From positions 11,702 to 75,701 of the forward strand of contig JBEKXF010000014.1 of NCBI GenBank assembly GCA_049512315.1: 64,000 bases of DNA, written 5' to 3'. A program made the translations under genes and the position numbers. The stretch is from Candidatus Aminicenantales bacterium. Its GTDB lineage: Bacteria > Acidobacteriota > Aminicenantia > Aminicenantales > Saccharicenantaceae. The stretch's first letter is position 1. The number at the start of each line of letters is the position of its first letter. Shown in pieces: positions 10,733-20,222 of the stretch. The notes beneath the pieces were generated by a model, which saw only the letters and a program-made list of their open reading frames with translations, did no database searches and had not been told where the DNA came from.

Positions 10733-12544
10733 ATGAGCCGAATCATCCGATTGCTGGCTACCTACGCCCTGGCCGCTGCGGGCGTCGCGGGCCTCGTCTT
10801 TCTCTCAGCGTGCAACGCTACGTCATCATCCGCCGGCGGCACGGGCACCGTCCGCCTTCTGGTGACGGACGCGCCCTCGGACGACTGGCAGGAAGTGACC
10901 GTTCATGTCAAATCCATCAGTATCCGCAAGGCCGATGACCAGTCCTGGAGCTCTGTCTGGACCGCCGATTCCGCGGTCGCGGACTCCGGCAAGCTGAACC
11001 TCATCGACCTCGCCGGAGTATCCACGCTCCTGTCCAGTGCGACGATCTCCGCCGGCACCTATGACCGCCTGAAGATCTTCATCAACACCGATCCGACGAC
11101 CATGAATCTTGTGGACGACTCCGGCAACACGATCGACCCGGCCAACATCACGGTCGCCGACCCGAGCGGGAACGGTGAGATCAAAGTGGACATCTCCCCA
11201 GCGATCACCGTGGCCGACGGGACCAACAATATCCTGCAGATCGATTTCGACCTGGCCCATCCGCTGTCCATCATCGTCCAGAACGGGAAGGTCGTCATCA
11301 ACCTCCAGATCCGTCACAAGGCCGTGCCGCGCAGCCTCCGCGACATCCAGTTCGCCCGGACCATCGGCAAGGTGAAAGAAAAGAGCGACACCGGCTTCAC
11401 CATCACGACGGACCAGGGCTCGGACGTCGTCTTCGGCGCGAACGCCAACACGATCTTCGTCGACGTGGACAATAGCAAGGCGGGCACTCTCACGGACATG
11501 CCCGTGGGCGATGGCCATTTCGCTCTTGTGGATTCCAACATGAACGCCGACGGGACGCTGTACGCGCGGCGGGTTTGGTATTCCGCCGACGAAACGAAGC
11601 TCCCCGTGTTCACTCCCGAAGGCCTCGTGCGCCGGGTGGGGGACAATTGGATCAAGGTTCTCAACAAGAACATCGAAAATGCCGGCGGCGACAGCCATTT
11701 CTGCCGTTGGGATTCGGACACGATTTACGTGGATGCGAATACGGTCTGGACCTTCCATACCGACATCTCGATGGGGACCGGCACCGCCGTCCTCAAGACC
11801 ATCCGGCGGGGATTCCGTGTTTCCGTGGATTATGTCGACGCGAACGTCACTCCCAAGGTGGCCAAGTCGATCAATGTTCAGAGCGCCCATGACGAAGGCG
11901 CCATCCGGTCCGTCTCGGCCACGGGATTCACGTTCGGCGGCGGCGACTACTGCTACGGGTGGAGATTTCCCGTCCCCCCAGACGCCCAGGGCTACTCTCA
12001 TGAGTGGCTCTACAGCACCGTCACCGACCATGTCTTCTCCTGGTGGTTCTTCGGCCTGCCGTCCGGAAGCTCCACGAGCATCCAGGATTTCATGGACACG
12101 GTCAGCCAGGCCACGGCCGCCCGCCTCAGGGTCTTCGCCAGGGCCGAGCTCTATTGGGACATGACCAATAACCAGTGGGTCGCTGAAAACGTCGTTCTCG
12201 CCCCCGAGAAGCTGCCCGACCCCGCCAAGATCACCACTGCCTACACTGCGGCCAGCGGGTCCATGGGGGTTTCGACGTTCGACTGGGACGATGAAACGCT
12301 CCCCACGGTCATGACCGTCTTCCTGGACAAGACCGGTGACCTCCAAACGGTCGTCGGATCCCTGCGCTGGAACTCCACCACCAGAATTCTCACGTTCACG
12401 GTCCCTGTTCCCTCCGACCAATGGGAAACCCTGCTCACGCCGAGCCGCCTCGGAGTGAGGGTCTGGGTCCGGCCGGTCAAAGGTAGCGACGGCACCTTCA
12501 CCTGGCGCGCCTACACGGTGATGGCCTTCCAGATCATCAGCTGA
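10733..12544 (+). CDS. DUF4382-domain lipoprotein with DUF5666-like beta repeats
   Basis: Lipobox FLSAC; GTVRLLVTDAPSDD..VTVHV..GTYDRLKI..IDFDL typical of DUF4382; repeated G.V...FT...V.V.ANT.F segments. Confidence 0.75.
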   Translation: MSRIIRLLATYALAAAGVAGLVFLSACNATSSSAGGTGTVRLLVTDAPSDDWQEVTVHVKSISIRKADDQSWSSVWTADSAVADSGKLNLIDLAGVSTLLSSATISAGTYDRLKIFINTDPTTMNLVDDSGNTIDPANITVADPSGNGEIKVDISPAITVADGTNNILQIDFDLAHPLSIIVQNGKVVINLQIRHKAVPRSLRDIQFARTIGKVKEKSDTGFTITTDQGSDVVFGANANTIFVDVDNSKAGTLTDMPVGDGHFALVDSNMNADGTLYARRVWYSADETKLPVFTPEGLVRRVGDNWIKVLNKNIENAGGDSHFCRWDSDTIYVDANTVWTFHTDISMGTGTAVLKTIRRGFRVSVDYVDANVTPKVAKSINVQSAHDEGAIRSVSATGFTFGGGDYCYGWRFPVPPDAQGYSHEWLYSTVTDHVFSWWFFGLPSGSSTSIQDFMDTVSQATAARLRVFARAELYWDMTNNQWVAENVVLAPEKLPDPAKITTAYTAASGSMGVSTFDWDDETLPTVMTVFLDKTGDLQTVVGSLRWNSTTRILTFTVPVPSDQWETLLTPSRLGVRVWVRPVKGSDGTFTWRAYTVMAFQIIS

Positions 12545-12563
12545 CAGTTCGTATCGAATCGTC

Positions 12564-12600
12564 AACAGCCGCGGGCCCCGGGCCCGCGGCTGTTCTTTTT
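12564..12600 (+). terminator. Rho-independent terminator
   Basis: 14-bp perfect stem AACAGCCGCGGGCC / GGCCCGCGGCTGTT followed by CTTTTT, about 20 nt after the stop. Confidence 0.85.
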
Positions 12601-12726
12601 CTCACCGCTCATTTCCGATCCCCCCGGTCCTCGGAATACCGTTCCTGTCGCATGGTCCCGTGCCAATCGGAAGGCATTGCCATCCGGCCGTGAGAATTGG
12701 TAAGATGACCGGAACGGAGACAAGAG

Positions 12727-12963
12727 ATGATTAAGCCTGTCGATCGGACGTCCGAGTATCTGGAATTTGAGTGCGGGGCCTGCCGCACGGTCTTCCACCA
12801 TGCCATCCGGATCTACAATGACGCCCCGACCCGGGACGGAAGCCAGGAATATGACGTCCGGAACTGGTCCGTCGCGGGCCTCGAGATCCAGTGCCCGCGT
12901 TGTTTTGCCGAGAAGACCTATAAGCTCGACATCCGGCCGGAGAAAAAAAGGGGCGTGATGTAA
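12727..12963 (+). CDS. Small putative zinc-ribbon protein (78 aa)
   Basis: CGAC...CPRC; GGAGA RBS; upstream TTGCCA-N18-TAAGAT with extended -10. Confidence 0.7.
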   Translation: MIKPVDRTSEYLEFECGACRTVFHHAIRIYNDAPTRDGSQEYDVRNWSVAGLEIQCPRCFAEKTYKLDIRPEKKRGVM

Positions 12964-13033
12964 ATAGCGGGCGGGGGCTTCGCTCCGCCGCGGCGGTCCT
13001 AATGGATCGGCGGAAGCAGGGGAGAGGCCGCTC

Positions 13034-13396
13034 TCAGGCGACCGAGGTCGGGATCCTCGAATCCTGTTGATAGATGTGCTTGATCAGGCTAAGGATGCTG
13101 TTCGAGATCCTGTGCTTGAACTCGACGCCCAGCTCGAAGAGGTCCTCATCTTTCTTGACGTTGAGCCACTTGACTTCCCCCTCGAGGGTGATGAGCTCGT
13201 CGGGCCCGGCGAGCTCGATCTGGATCTTGATGTGCGAGCCGACGTCGAACAGCTCCTTGGTGAAGATCCTCGCCCCTCCGAGAGAGATGTCGCCGGTGTG
13301 CGCGTTGATCCCGATTCCGTTTCTTGCCTGGAGGGAGGGCTTGATCGAGACGTTGTTCCGTTCGACGATCCGGTCTTCCTTGCGCTTGTTGGCCAT
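13034..13396 (-). CDS. Single-domain PilZ protein (c-di-GMP receptor)
   Basis: RKEDR (RxxxR) and DISLGG (DxSxxG) motifs, GEVKW, GVEF; AAGGAG RBS. Confidence 0.9.
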   Translation of the reverse strand: MANKRKEDRIVERNNVSIKPSLQARNGIGINAHTGDISLGGARIFTKELFDVGSHIKIQIELAGPDELITLEGEVKWLNVKKDEDLFELGVEFKHRISNSILSLIKHIYQQDSRIPTSVA

Positions 13397-13544
13397 CGCA
13401 GGCTCCTTACTCCATTAAGCTCCTGAACCCCCCCAGTTTCGGCCGGAGCCCGGGGAGGGTCAATCGCCTCCGGGGGTGATTCACGAGGTGATTGCCTGCT
13501 CCTTTGCGGGGGATTCCAAAGAACTCCCGCGCACCCGCGGGGGC

Positions 13545-13895
13545 TCAGAAAATCAGCCCGCTCCCCTGGCGGTTTCTCATGAAAAGGAGGGCCAGACGGA
13601 TGAGCAGAAAGACGATTCCCCCCGAGAGGGCCAGGGCGTACAGGGTCAGGAAAACCACATTCATGATGGGGAGCTTCCGCCCCACCACCCAAGGGTAGAT
13701 CAGGTCGAACATGGTCTTTCCGAAAAAGATGATCAGGAGGGTCAGCCCCAGGACAGACCGATAGAGATAGGGCTTGATGTTGGACATGTCGACCTTGTCG
13801 AGGTTGATGAGCGGGTAGAGGAACCAGGCCGTGATGACCCAAAGGAGGAGGGTGAAAACGAAGACGACGCGCCTGTCAACCTTGTCCGGTTTCAA
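13545..13895 (-). CDS. Hypothetical membrane protein (about 3 TM helices)
   Basis: Three hydrophobic segments; GAGGAGG upstream of the TTG start. Confidence 0.7.
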   Translation of the reverse strand: MKPDKVDRRVVFVFTLLLWVITAWFLYPLINLDKVDMSNIKPYLYRSVLGLTLLIIFFGKTMFDLIYPWVVGRKLPIMNVVFLTLYALALSGGIVFLLIRLALLFMRNRQGSGLIF

Positions 13896-14082
13896 GCCCG
13901 GCCTCCTCTTCCTTATGGGGGGCGCTGCTCCTCAGGCTTATACCATACCGGGTCTGACGCGTCAAACCCGGGACCGGCCGGCGCGGCCCGGAGGCGGCCG
14001 GGAACCTGAGGGGGCAGGGCCCGTTCGGAAGAAATTCCCTGGCGGAAGGTCTAAAATGATATGAGATAAGAGGAGGCGTGTC

Positions 14083-15252
14083 ATGACAAGTAAGATCGCC
14101 GCGGCCCTGGGGATCTTGATCGCCGCCGCCGGGATATCCTCAGGCCGGTCCGCCGCGGGCGGCGGAAAAGACAGCCCAAAGTATCGTACAGCCGCGGTGA
14201 CGAGGGGAGACATCATGGCCGTCGTCGCCACCACGGGGCTCCTGGCTCCCGTGACCCTGGTCGAAGTCGGGGCTGAAGTCTCGGGGCAGATCGTGAAAGT
14301 CAACGTCGACTTCAATTCCCCGGTCAAGAAGGGCGAGATCATCGCCGAGCTGGACCGGACTCCTTTCGAGGACGCGGTGAAACAGGCCGACGCAAGTCTC
14401 AGGGTGGCCGCGGCCGCGCTGGATAAGGCCAAGCTCGACCTGGACCTGGCTAAGAAGAAATATGACCGGACCCTCGACCTCTATGAAAAGAAGCTCGTCT
14501 CCCAGGATGAGAAGGAAACGGAAGAAGCGGCGTATCTCGAGGCCAAGAATGGGGCCCAGGTCGCGGAATCCGGGACCCGGGAGTCCGCGGCCGAGCTCGA
14601 GTCGAGCCGGATCGACCTCGCCAAGACGCAGATCCGCTCCCCCATCGGCGGCATCGTCCTGACCCGGAACATCACCGTCGGACAGACCGTAGCCGCGAGC
14701 TTCGAGGCGCCCGTCCTCTTCACGATCGCCGATGATCTCCGCAAGATGAGGCTGCAGCTCGACGTGGACGAGGCTGATGTCGGCCGGGTCACAGAAGGCC
14801 AGAAGGTCGAGTTCACGGTGGAAGCTTTTCCGACGGAGGTGTTCACGGGACGGGTCCTCCAGGTCCAGGAAGACGCCGAGGTGGATTCCGATGTCGTCCG
14901 GTATCCGACCGTCTGCGAGCTGGACAACGCGCAGAACAAGCTAAGGCCGGGCATGACGGCGACAGTCACCGTCTACACCGGGGAGGTCCACGGCGTTCTC
15001 CGGGTTCCGAACGCGGCCCAGCGCTTTGTCCCGCCCGTCGTGACGGCCCCGATGGCGGAATTCGTCAGGAAGGCCGCCAAGGACATGCCCCAAAACCAAA
15101 GCCCGTCGATTGTCTGGACGCTCGATCAGAAGGGGCGCCTGACCCCCGTCGTGCTCGAGCTCGGAATGGTCGGGCATGATTTTACGGAAGTCGCGGGCGG
15201 GGAGCTGAAGGAGGGGCAGACGATCGTCACCGGGGTCATCTCCGGCTCCTGA
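14083..15252 (+). CDS. Efflux periplasmic adaptor (MacA/HlyD-family membrane fusion protein)
   Basis: VEVGAEVSGQI..VDFNSPVKKG, IRSPIGGIV..VGQTVAASF, VDEADVG, LRPGMTA. Confidence 0.92.
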   Translation: MTSKIAAALGILIAAAGISSGRSAAGGGKDSPKYRTAAVTRGDIMAVVATTGLLAPVTLVEVGAEVSGQIVKVNVDFNSPVKKGEIIAELDRTPFEDAVKQADASLRVAAAALDKAKLDLDLAKKKYDRTLDLYEKKLVSQDEKETEEAAYLEAKNGAQVAESGTRESAAELESSRIDLAKTQIRSPIGGIVLTRNITVGQTVAASFEAPVLFTIADDLRKMRLQLDVDEADVGRVTEGQKVEFTVEAFPTEVFTGRVLQVQEDAEVDSDVVRYPTVCELDNAQNKLRPGMTATVTVYTGEVHGVLRVPNAAQRFVPPVVTAPMAEFVRKAAKDMPQNQSPSIVWTLDQKGRLTPVVLELGMVGHDFTEVAGGELKEGQTIVTGVISGS

Positions 15253-15435
15253 CCGTGACCGAAGTCCAAGCGAAGAGGCATCCTTGGCTCCCCGGGAGCG
15301 GTCGACGGGATCCCAAGGGAGGCCGGCGCCGTCCGCGCGGCGTTGACAGACCCGCCGAAATATATCACAATCGCCGTGGACCGCGCGGCGCTTGAGGACC
15401 CCATGGCCCGAACGTCGCGGCCCGGCGTTTTGGAT

Positions 15436-16377
15436 ATGGACTTGACCTCATCGCATGATTTGGCCCTCTCCCTGGATTGGGAATACGACTGGGACTTCAT
15501 CCGTGTCGTCGAAGAGGAAGTCCGCGCGTTGGGGCTGAAGACGGTGACCGTCTCCCCGGCCAACATCGCCGAATGCCTGGAAGAGCTCCGGTCAGGTCGG
15601 CTCGGGTTCCGCGTCCTCCTCGACCGCGCCGCGGCCTCCTCGCCGGACTTCCTAGCCTTCCAGACGGTCGCCCTCGAGCGGGGTCTGGACGTCATCGAAC
15701 CGGCCGACAAGCTCCGCTGGGCCTCCGACAAGGCGACCATGCACCTCGAGTTCATCACCCACGGCATCCACACGCCGTACACCCTGATCCTCCCGTCCTA
15801 TGAATCGGCGAAGGTCCCCCCGCTCCGTCCCGACGAGCTCCTCCCGCTCGGGCTGCCGTTCGTCATCAAGCCGGCCAACACGACGGGCGGGAGTCTGGGG
15901 GTCCTCGAGGCCTCTTCAAGCCTCGAGGAAGTCCTGACCGCGCGCCAGGCCTACCCGCTGGACAAATATCTCCTCCAGGAGAAGATCATCCCCGAAGACC
16001 GGGACGGCCGGCGGTTCTGGTTCCGCGGGTTCTACATCCTGGGCGAGGTCCACTCCACGTGGTGGGATGACCGGACCCACGTTTACGATGAGCTCGCCGA
16101 GGGCGAGGCCGAGCGCTATTCGCTCCGACCCCTCGATGAGATCGTCCGGACGATCGCCCGGATCTCCGGGCTGAGGTTCTTCTCGACGGAGATTGTCCGG
16201 GACGTCCGGGGGAGGTTTGTCGCCGTCGACTACGTCAACGAGATCTGCGACATGAGGCTCAGGTCACGACACCCGGACGGGGTGCCGGATGCGGTGGTCC
16301 GGAAGATCGCCTCCAGGATCGCCTCGTACGTCCGGGAAGGCCTTTGGGCCCGGCCGGGGGGGATCGCCGGCGGATGA
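15436..16377 (+). CDS. ATP-grasp (RimK / glutathione synthase-like) domain protein
   Basis: DKATMH, PFVIKPA..GGS.GV, YLLQEKI, WFRGFY, VDYVNE. The track's TTG at 15343 is part of a TTGACA-N17-CACAAT promoter, so the start is probably ATG 15436 (or 15403). Confidence 0.75.
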   Translation: MDLTSSHDLALSLDWEYDWDFIRVVEEEVRALGLKTVTVSPANIAECLEELRSGRLGFRVLLDRAAASSPDFLAFQTVALERGLDVIEPADKLRWASDKATMHLEFITHGIHTPYTLILPSYESAKVPPLRPDELLPLGLPFVIKPANTTGGSLGVLEASSSLEEVLTARQAYPLDKYLLQEKIIPEDRDGRRFWFRGFYILGEVHSTWWDDRTHVYDELAEGEAERYSLRPLDEIVRTIARISGLRFFSTEIVRDVRGRFVAVDYVNEICDMRLRSRHPDGVPDAVVRKIASRIASYVREGLWARPGGIAGG

Positions 16378-16423
16378 TCGGCGCTGCCGGTCATCGCGGG
16401 ATCCATGGAGGGAGGGCACTCTC

Positions 16424-16801
16424 ATGAAATTCAGAGGATTGCTGGTCATCGTCCTGCTGACAGCCGTCGTCGTTTATTTCATCTATTTCGCCAAAGTCGA
16501 AAACGGCAAGGGCGGGCTCCAGACGGAGATCGACCAGTACGCCAAGACGAAGATCAAGCTGACCCAGGTGAACCTCGACTCCCTGGCCCGGGAGGTCCTC
16601 TCCTTCGCGACGGGCGATCAGGGGCTTCCGGAGGACCTCAAGCAGCTCCAAAGGTGGCGGCCGTCTCTCGGGATGGGGCTCCTGGACGCCTGGGGAACAG
16701 CGATCAAGTACGAAAGGCTCTCGGACACCGGGTTCCGCCTCCGGTCGGCCGGGCCCGACGGCGTTTTCGACACGGCCGATGATATCGTGAAGGATTACTG
16801 A
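16424..16801 (+). CDS. GspG C-terminal-like (pseudopilin-like) membrane-anchored protein
   Basis: N-terminal TM; LPEDLKQL...DAWGTAIKY...LRSAGPDGVFDTADDI is the T2SS G signature; GGAGGG RBS. Confidence 0.8.
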   Translation: MKFRGLLVIVLLTAVVVYFIYFAKVENGKGGLQTEIDQYAKTKIKLTQVNLDSLAREVLSFATGDQGLPEDLKQLQRWRPSLGMGLLDAWGTAIKYERLSDTGFRLRSAGPDGVFDTADDIVKDY

Positions 16802-16808
16802 GCCCGGA

Positions 16809-17189
16809 TCAGTCGGAGGAGGGGGGTCGCCGGGAGAACAGGCGGCGGACCTTCTCCCAGAATCCGGGCTTGTGGGCCGCTTCCTCGATCTCCACTTTCC
16901 CGACCGACTTGCGGAACGGGGCCTTGGGCGAATAGTAGAAGGAGTGCTTGAGAAGGGCGAGATCGTAGGCCTTTTTCTTCTCGGGGTCACGGAGTATCTG
17001 GTAGGCCTCCTGGATCCGCTCCATGATCTGGCGGCGCTCCTCTTCCGTGACCAGGCTGTAGGTGGCCAGCGAATCGGCGTGGTAGGTCGCCAGGGCGCGC
17101 TGGTAGCCTTCCCAGATCTCCTCTTTGGAGGCCGTCCTCTCCACGTTCAGGAGCTCGTAGCAGTTCCAGTCCTCGATCCTCTTGATCAT
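16809..17189 (-). CDS. J-domain (DnaJ-like) protein with HAD in place of HPD
   Basis: YELLNVERTASKEEI..Y..ALATYHAD...IQEAYQILRDPEKKKAYD; 4-nt overlap with the upstream ATPase gene. Confidence 0.85.
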   Translation of the reverse strand: MIKRIEDWNCYELLNVERTASKEEIWEGYQRALATYHADSLATYSLVTEEERRQIMERIQEAYQILRDPEKKKAYDLALLKHSFYYSPKAPFRKSVGKVEIEEAAHKPGFWEKVRRLFSRRPPSSD

Positions 17190-18127
17190 CGGCCCTCCGG
17201 GAAGCGGATCTCGGGCGGCGTCCGGTGGGAGAATTCGACCGAATAGGCCAGCTCTTCGGCGGCCTCGCGGACGGCCTTGGCGGCGGCCGAATCCTCGTGG
17301 GCCGCGTAGAAAGGACGCAGGGATCTCAGGGATGAGTGGACCCTCTCGTCATAGGGGATGGCCCCGAGGTAATGGAGGTCGATGAGGAGATACCTCCGGG
17401 CCACGTCGGCCACGGACCGGCCCAGGAGGGCGTCCCGCTCGTCCCGGACCTTGTTCATGATCAGGCAGGGCCGGAAGTTCCGGAGGGCCCTGTAGAGGAT
17501 TGTCCCGTAGGACCGGTCGGCCTCGACGAGCGACTTGAAAAAGCTGTAGAGGGACTGGGAGTTCTTCTCGATCTGGTCGAGCATCTTCTGGTGGAGGTCC
17601 GGGATCCGGTAGTGGTCCATGTAGAGCTTGAGGACCCGCATGATGCAGGATTTCAGGAACAGGTAGGAGTTCTCGATCGCCGTCGGCTCGGGCGTGGCCA
17701 CGACGATGCCGGGATTGGCGCTCAGGAAGAAATCGAGGGTGTTGAAAGAGCTCCCCGTCCCGAGGTCGAGGATGATGTCCTGGGCCCCGAGCTGACGGAT
17801 CTGGCGCAAAAGCCGGAGCTTCTTGTAGTGGTTCAGGTTGGCGATGAAGAGGATGTTCTCCGTCCCGCGGATGATCCGCAGCCCCCGGAAGGGCGTCTCG
17901 ACGGCCGCTTCCTCCAGGGTCGGGATCTTGTTCGTCAGAAAATCGCCGAGGTTCGGGTGGCCGTTCTTCATCCCCAGGAGGGTGTGGAGGTTGGGTCCGC
18001 CGAGGTCGGCGTCGATGAGGAGGACGTCGCGCTCGAGGGAGGCCAGGTGGAGGCCGAGGCTGCTCGAAACGAAGCTCTTCCCCGTTCCGCCTTTTCCTCC
18101 GCCGACGGCCCAGATTCTTGTGTCCAT
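17186..18127 (-). CDS. MinD/FlhG(FleN)-family P-loop ATPase
   Basis: Deviant Walker A GGKGGTGKS, DADLGGPNLH, LDLGTG, TPEPTAIENSY. Confidence 0.92.
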   Translation of the reverse strand: MDTRIWAVGGGKGGTGKSFVSSSLGLHLASLERDVLLIDADLGGPNLHTLLGMKNGHPNLGDFLTNKIPTLEEAAVETPFRGLRIIRGTENILFIANLNHYKKLRLLRQIRQLGAQDIILDLGTGSSFNTLDFFLSANPGIVVATPEPTAIENSYLFLKSCIMRVLKLYMDHYRIPDLHQKMLDQIEKNSQSLYSFFKSLVEADRSYGTILYRALRNFRPCLIMNKVRDERDALLGRSVADVARRYLLIDLHYLGAIPYDERVHSSLRSLRPFYAAHEDSAAAKAVREAAEELAYSVEFSHRTPPEIRFPEGR

Positions 18128-18317
18128 GTCCTTAGCGCAGGGACTACCTTAGCACAACTCGTCCCCTCATTTCAAATTGACTTGGCGGGCGCTTTTCTTG
18201 AGAATTCGGGCCTCCGACGATGGACCCAAAAGACAGGACACCCGGGAAAACCGCCGCTCGCCGGGAGAAGGAATTCGGCAGCGAGCGTCCCTCGGCGGTC
18301 GTCCGAGGCGCCGTGGA

Positions 18318-20033
18318 TTAGTTCGCTGAAATGGCGTCGGGACCCGCCGCAACCTCCGGCCGCGTGACCTTTTTCCTGTTCCAGGCGTTCCGGATCAGGA
18401 TCAGAGCCACGAGCAGGATCGCGGCGATCATGATCCGGGCCCCCCAGAGATAGGGGTGGTTCGCCTTGGGCTTGCCCTTCATCAGGAACTCCTGGACGGC
18501 GTCCGTGAAGAACCAGTACCCGAGGAGGACCAGCAGGTAAAGCGGCGTGACGTACTTGAGGATGAACTTGAAGAATCGCGGGACTTTCAGGTCGGCGCCC
18601 TTGTGCATCTCCTCCCAGCCCTTCTTGATCTTGAAGACCCAGGAGAAGAGGACGATCTCCATGGCCGCGAAGACGACCAGGCCGAAGGTCCCTGCCCAGA
18701 AGTCCAGCTCGTCCAGGAACCCGAACTTGAAGAAGGCGATGACCGACGCCGTCAAGACGACGAGCACGGAGAAGACGGCGATCACGGCCTTCTCCCTTTT
18801 CCACTTGAATTCATCCTCGAGGAAGGCGATGGCCGGCTGGGCCAGGGCCACCGAGGAGGTGATCCCGGCGATGAACAGCAGGAAGAACCACATACCGCCG
18901 AAGAGCTGGCCGAGCGGCAGCTTCTGGAAGATGACCGGCAGGGCCTGGAACCCGAGGTTGAAGGCCCCCTCCTGGGCGATGACCTGGGTCTCGGCCAGGC
19001 CGAAAAAGGCCACGGCCACCGGGATGGCGATCGTGCCGCCGAGGATGACCTCCGCCCATTCGTTGGCCGACGACGTCGTCAGGCCGTTCAGGGTGAGGTC
19101 GTCCTTCTCGCGCAGGTACGAGGCGTAGGTGTTGATGATGCCCTGGCCGAGGCTCAAGGTGAAGAAGATCTGGCCGGCCGCGGCCAGCCAGACGGTGGCC
19201 GACCCCAGGCGGCTGAAGTCGGGATTCCAGATGTAGCCCATCCCGGCGGCGACGTTCCAGTCCGGATGAGAGGGGTCGGGGGTCCCCAGGGTCAGGATCC
19301 GGACGACCAGGACGATGCCGAAGACGAAGAGGACCGGCATCCCGATCTTGGCCAGGACCTCAATGCCCTTGGAAATGCCCTTGTAAAGGAAGTAGAAGTT
19401 GAGGGCGATGGTGATGCCCCAGAAGATCAGGACCGGGGCCAGGGAGTGGAAGAACTCGTTGGACTCGACGCCCTGGAAGCCGCGCAGGAACCTGCCCATC
19501 ATCTCCCGGTTCGTGTTGCCGAAGTACTTTCCCGTCAGCGAGAACCAAGAGAAACCGAGGCACCAGGATTCGATGAAGTTGTAGTAGATGACGATGATGA
19601 AAGGAAGGACGATGCCCAGGGCGCCGAGGTACTTGGAGGCCGGCTTCCGCCACATGATCTGGAACATCCCGGGGGTCGTCCCGTGGCCCTTGAGCCCGCC
19701 CATGCGGCCGATCGTCCACTCGACCCACATCATGGGGATCCCCAAAAGGAGGAAGGCGACGAAGTAGGGGATCATGAAGGCGCCCCCTCCGTTCGCGGCC
19801 GCTTTGACGGGGAAGCGGAGGAAGTTGCCGAGGCCGATGGCATTCCCGGCCACGGCCATGATGAGGCCGATGCGCGATCCCCATTGCTCGCGCTTGCCCA
19901 CGTCCACCAAAACGGCGCCTTGGCGCTTCTTGCCGAACAGGACGCGGGAGAAACAGTAAAAGGTCAGGATGAGGATGAATCCCCAGCCGCAGACGAGGAA
20001 GATCCAACCGTTGGCGGTCAAGCCCTGACTCAT
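18318..20033 (-). CDS. NSS (SNF) family sodium-dependent transporter with a fused N-terminal MetS-like helix
   Basis: REQWGSRIG..AGNAIGLGNFLRFP..NGGGAFMIPY, WLAAAGQIFFTLSLG, AGITSS; extra N-terminal TM GWIFLVCGWGFILILTFYCFSRVL. Confidence 0.93.
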   Translation of the reverse strand: MSQGLTANGWIFLVCGWGFILILTFYCFSRVLFGKKRQGAVLVDVGKREQWGSRIGLIMAVAGNAIGLGNFLRFPVKAAANGGGAFMIPYFVAFLLLGIPMMWVEWTIGRMGGLKGHGTTPGMFQIMWRKPASKYLGALGIVLPFIIVIYYNFIESWCLGFSWFSLTGKYFGNTNREMMGRFLRGFQGVESNEFFHSLAPVLIFWGITIALNFYFLYKGISKGIEVLAKIGMPVLFVFGIVLVVRILTLGTPDPSHPDWNVAAGMGYIWNPDFSRLGSATVWLAAAGQIFFTLSLGQGIINTYASYLREKDDLTLNGLTTSSANEWAEVILGGTIAIPVAVAFFGLAETQVIAQEGAFNLGFQALPVIFQKLPLGQLFGGMWFFLLFIAGITSSVALAQPAIAFLEDEFKWKREKAVIAVFSVLVVLTASVIAFFKFGFLDELDFWAGTFGLVVFAAMEIVLFSWVFKIKKGWEEMHKGADLKVPRFFKFILKYVTPLYLLVLLGYWFFTDAVQEFLMKGKPKANHPYLWGARIMIAAILLVALILIRNAWNRKKVTRPEVAAGPDAISAN

Positions 20034-20222
20034 GATACCTCCTCGGAGACGTGAAGTGAGCGGGTCTCGAACAGAGAGAGGATTTTATAGCATGAGCGGT
20101 CCGCCCTGTCAAAACGGATGCCCCCGGGGACCTTGCCTTCGCCGCCGATTTGCAATTTGCCCCGGTTTCTGGTATGCTTAAGCGCTCTTTCCTTTGAATC
20201 TCCGGCGAGGAGTCGAACGACA

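Noticed and set aside
13400-13545. Possible c-di-GMP riboswitch upstream of the PilZ gene
   Set aside because: GC hairpins and a GCAAAG are present, but I could not fit the GEMM consensus. An Infernal/Rfam scan would settle it.
18148-18170. Sigma-54 promoter (GGGGACGAGTTGTGCT, minus strand) for the FlhG-like gene
   Set aside because: GG-N10-GC spacing fits, but there are three mismatches to consensus and an overlapping sigma70-like TTGAAA/TAAGGT explains the site equally well.
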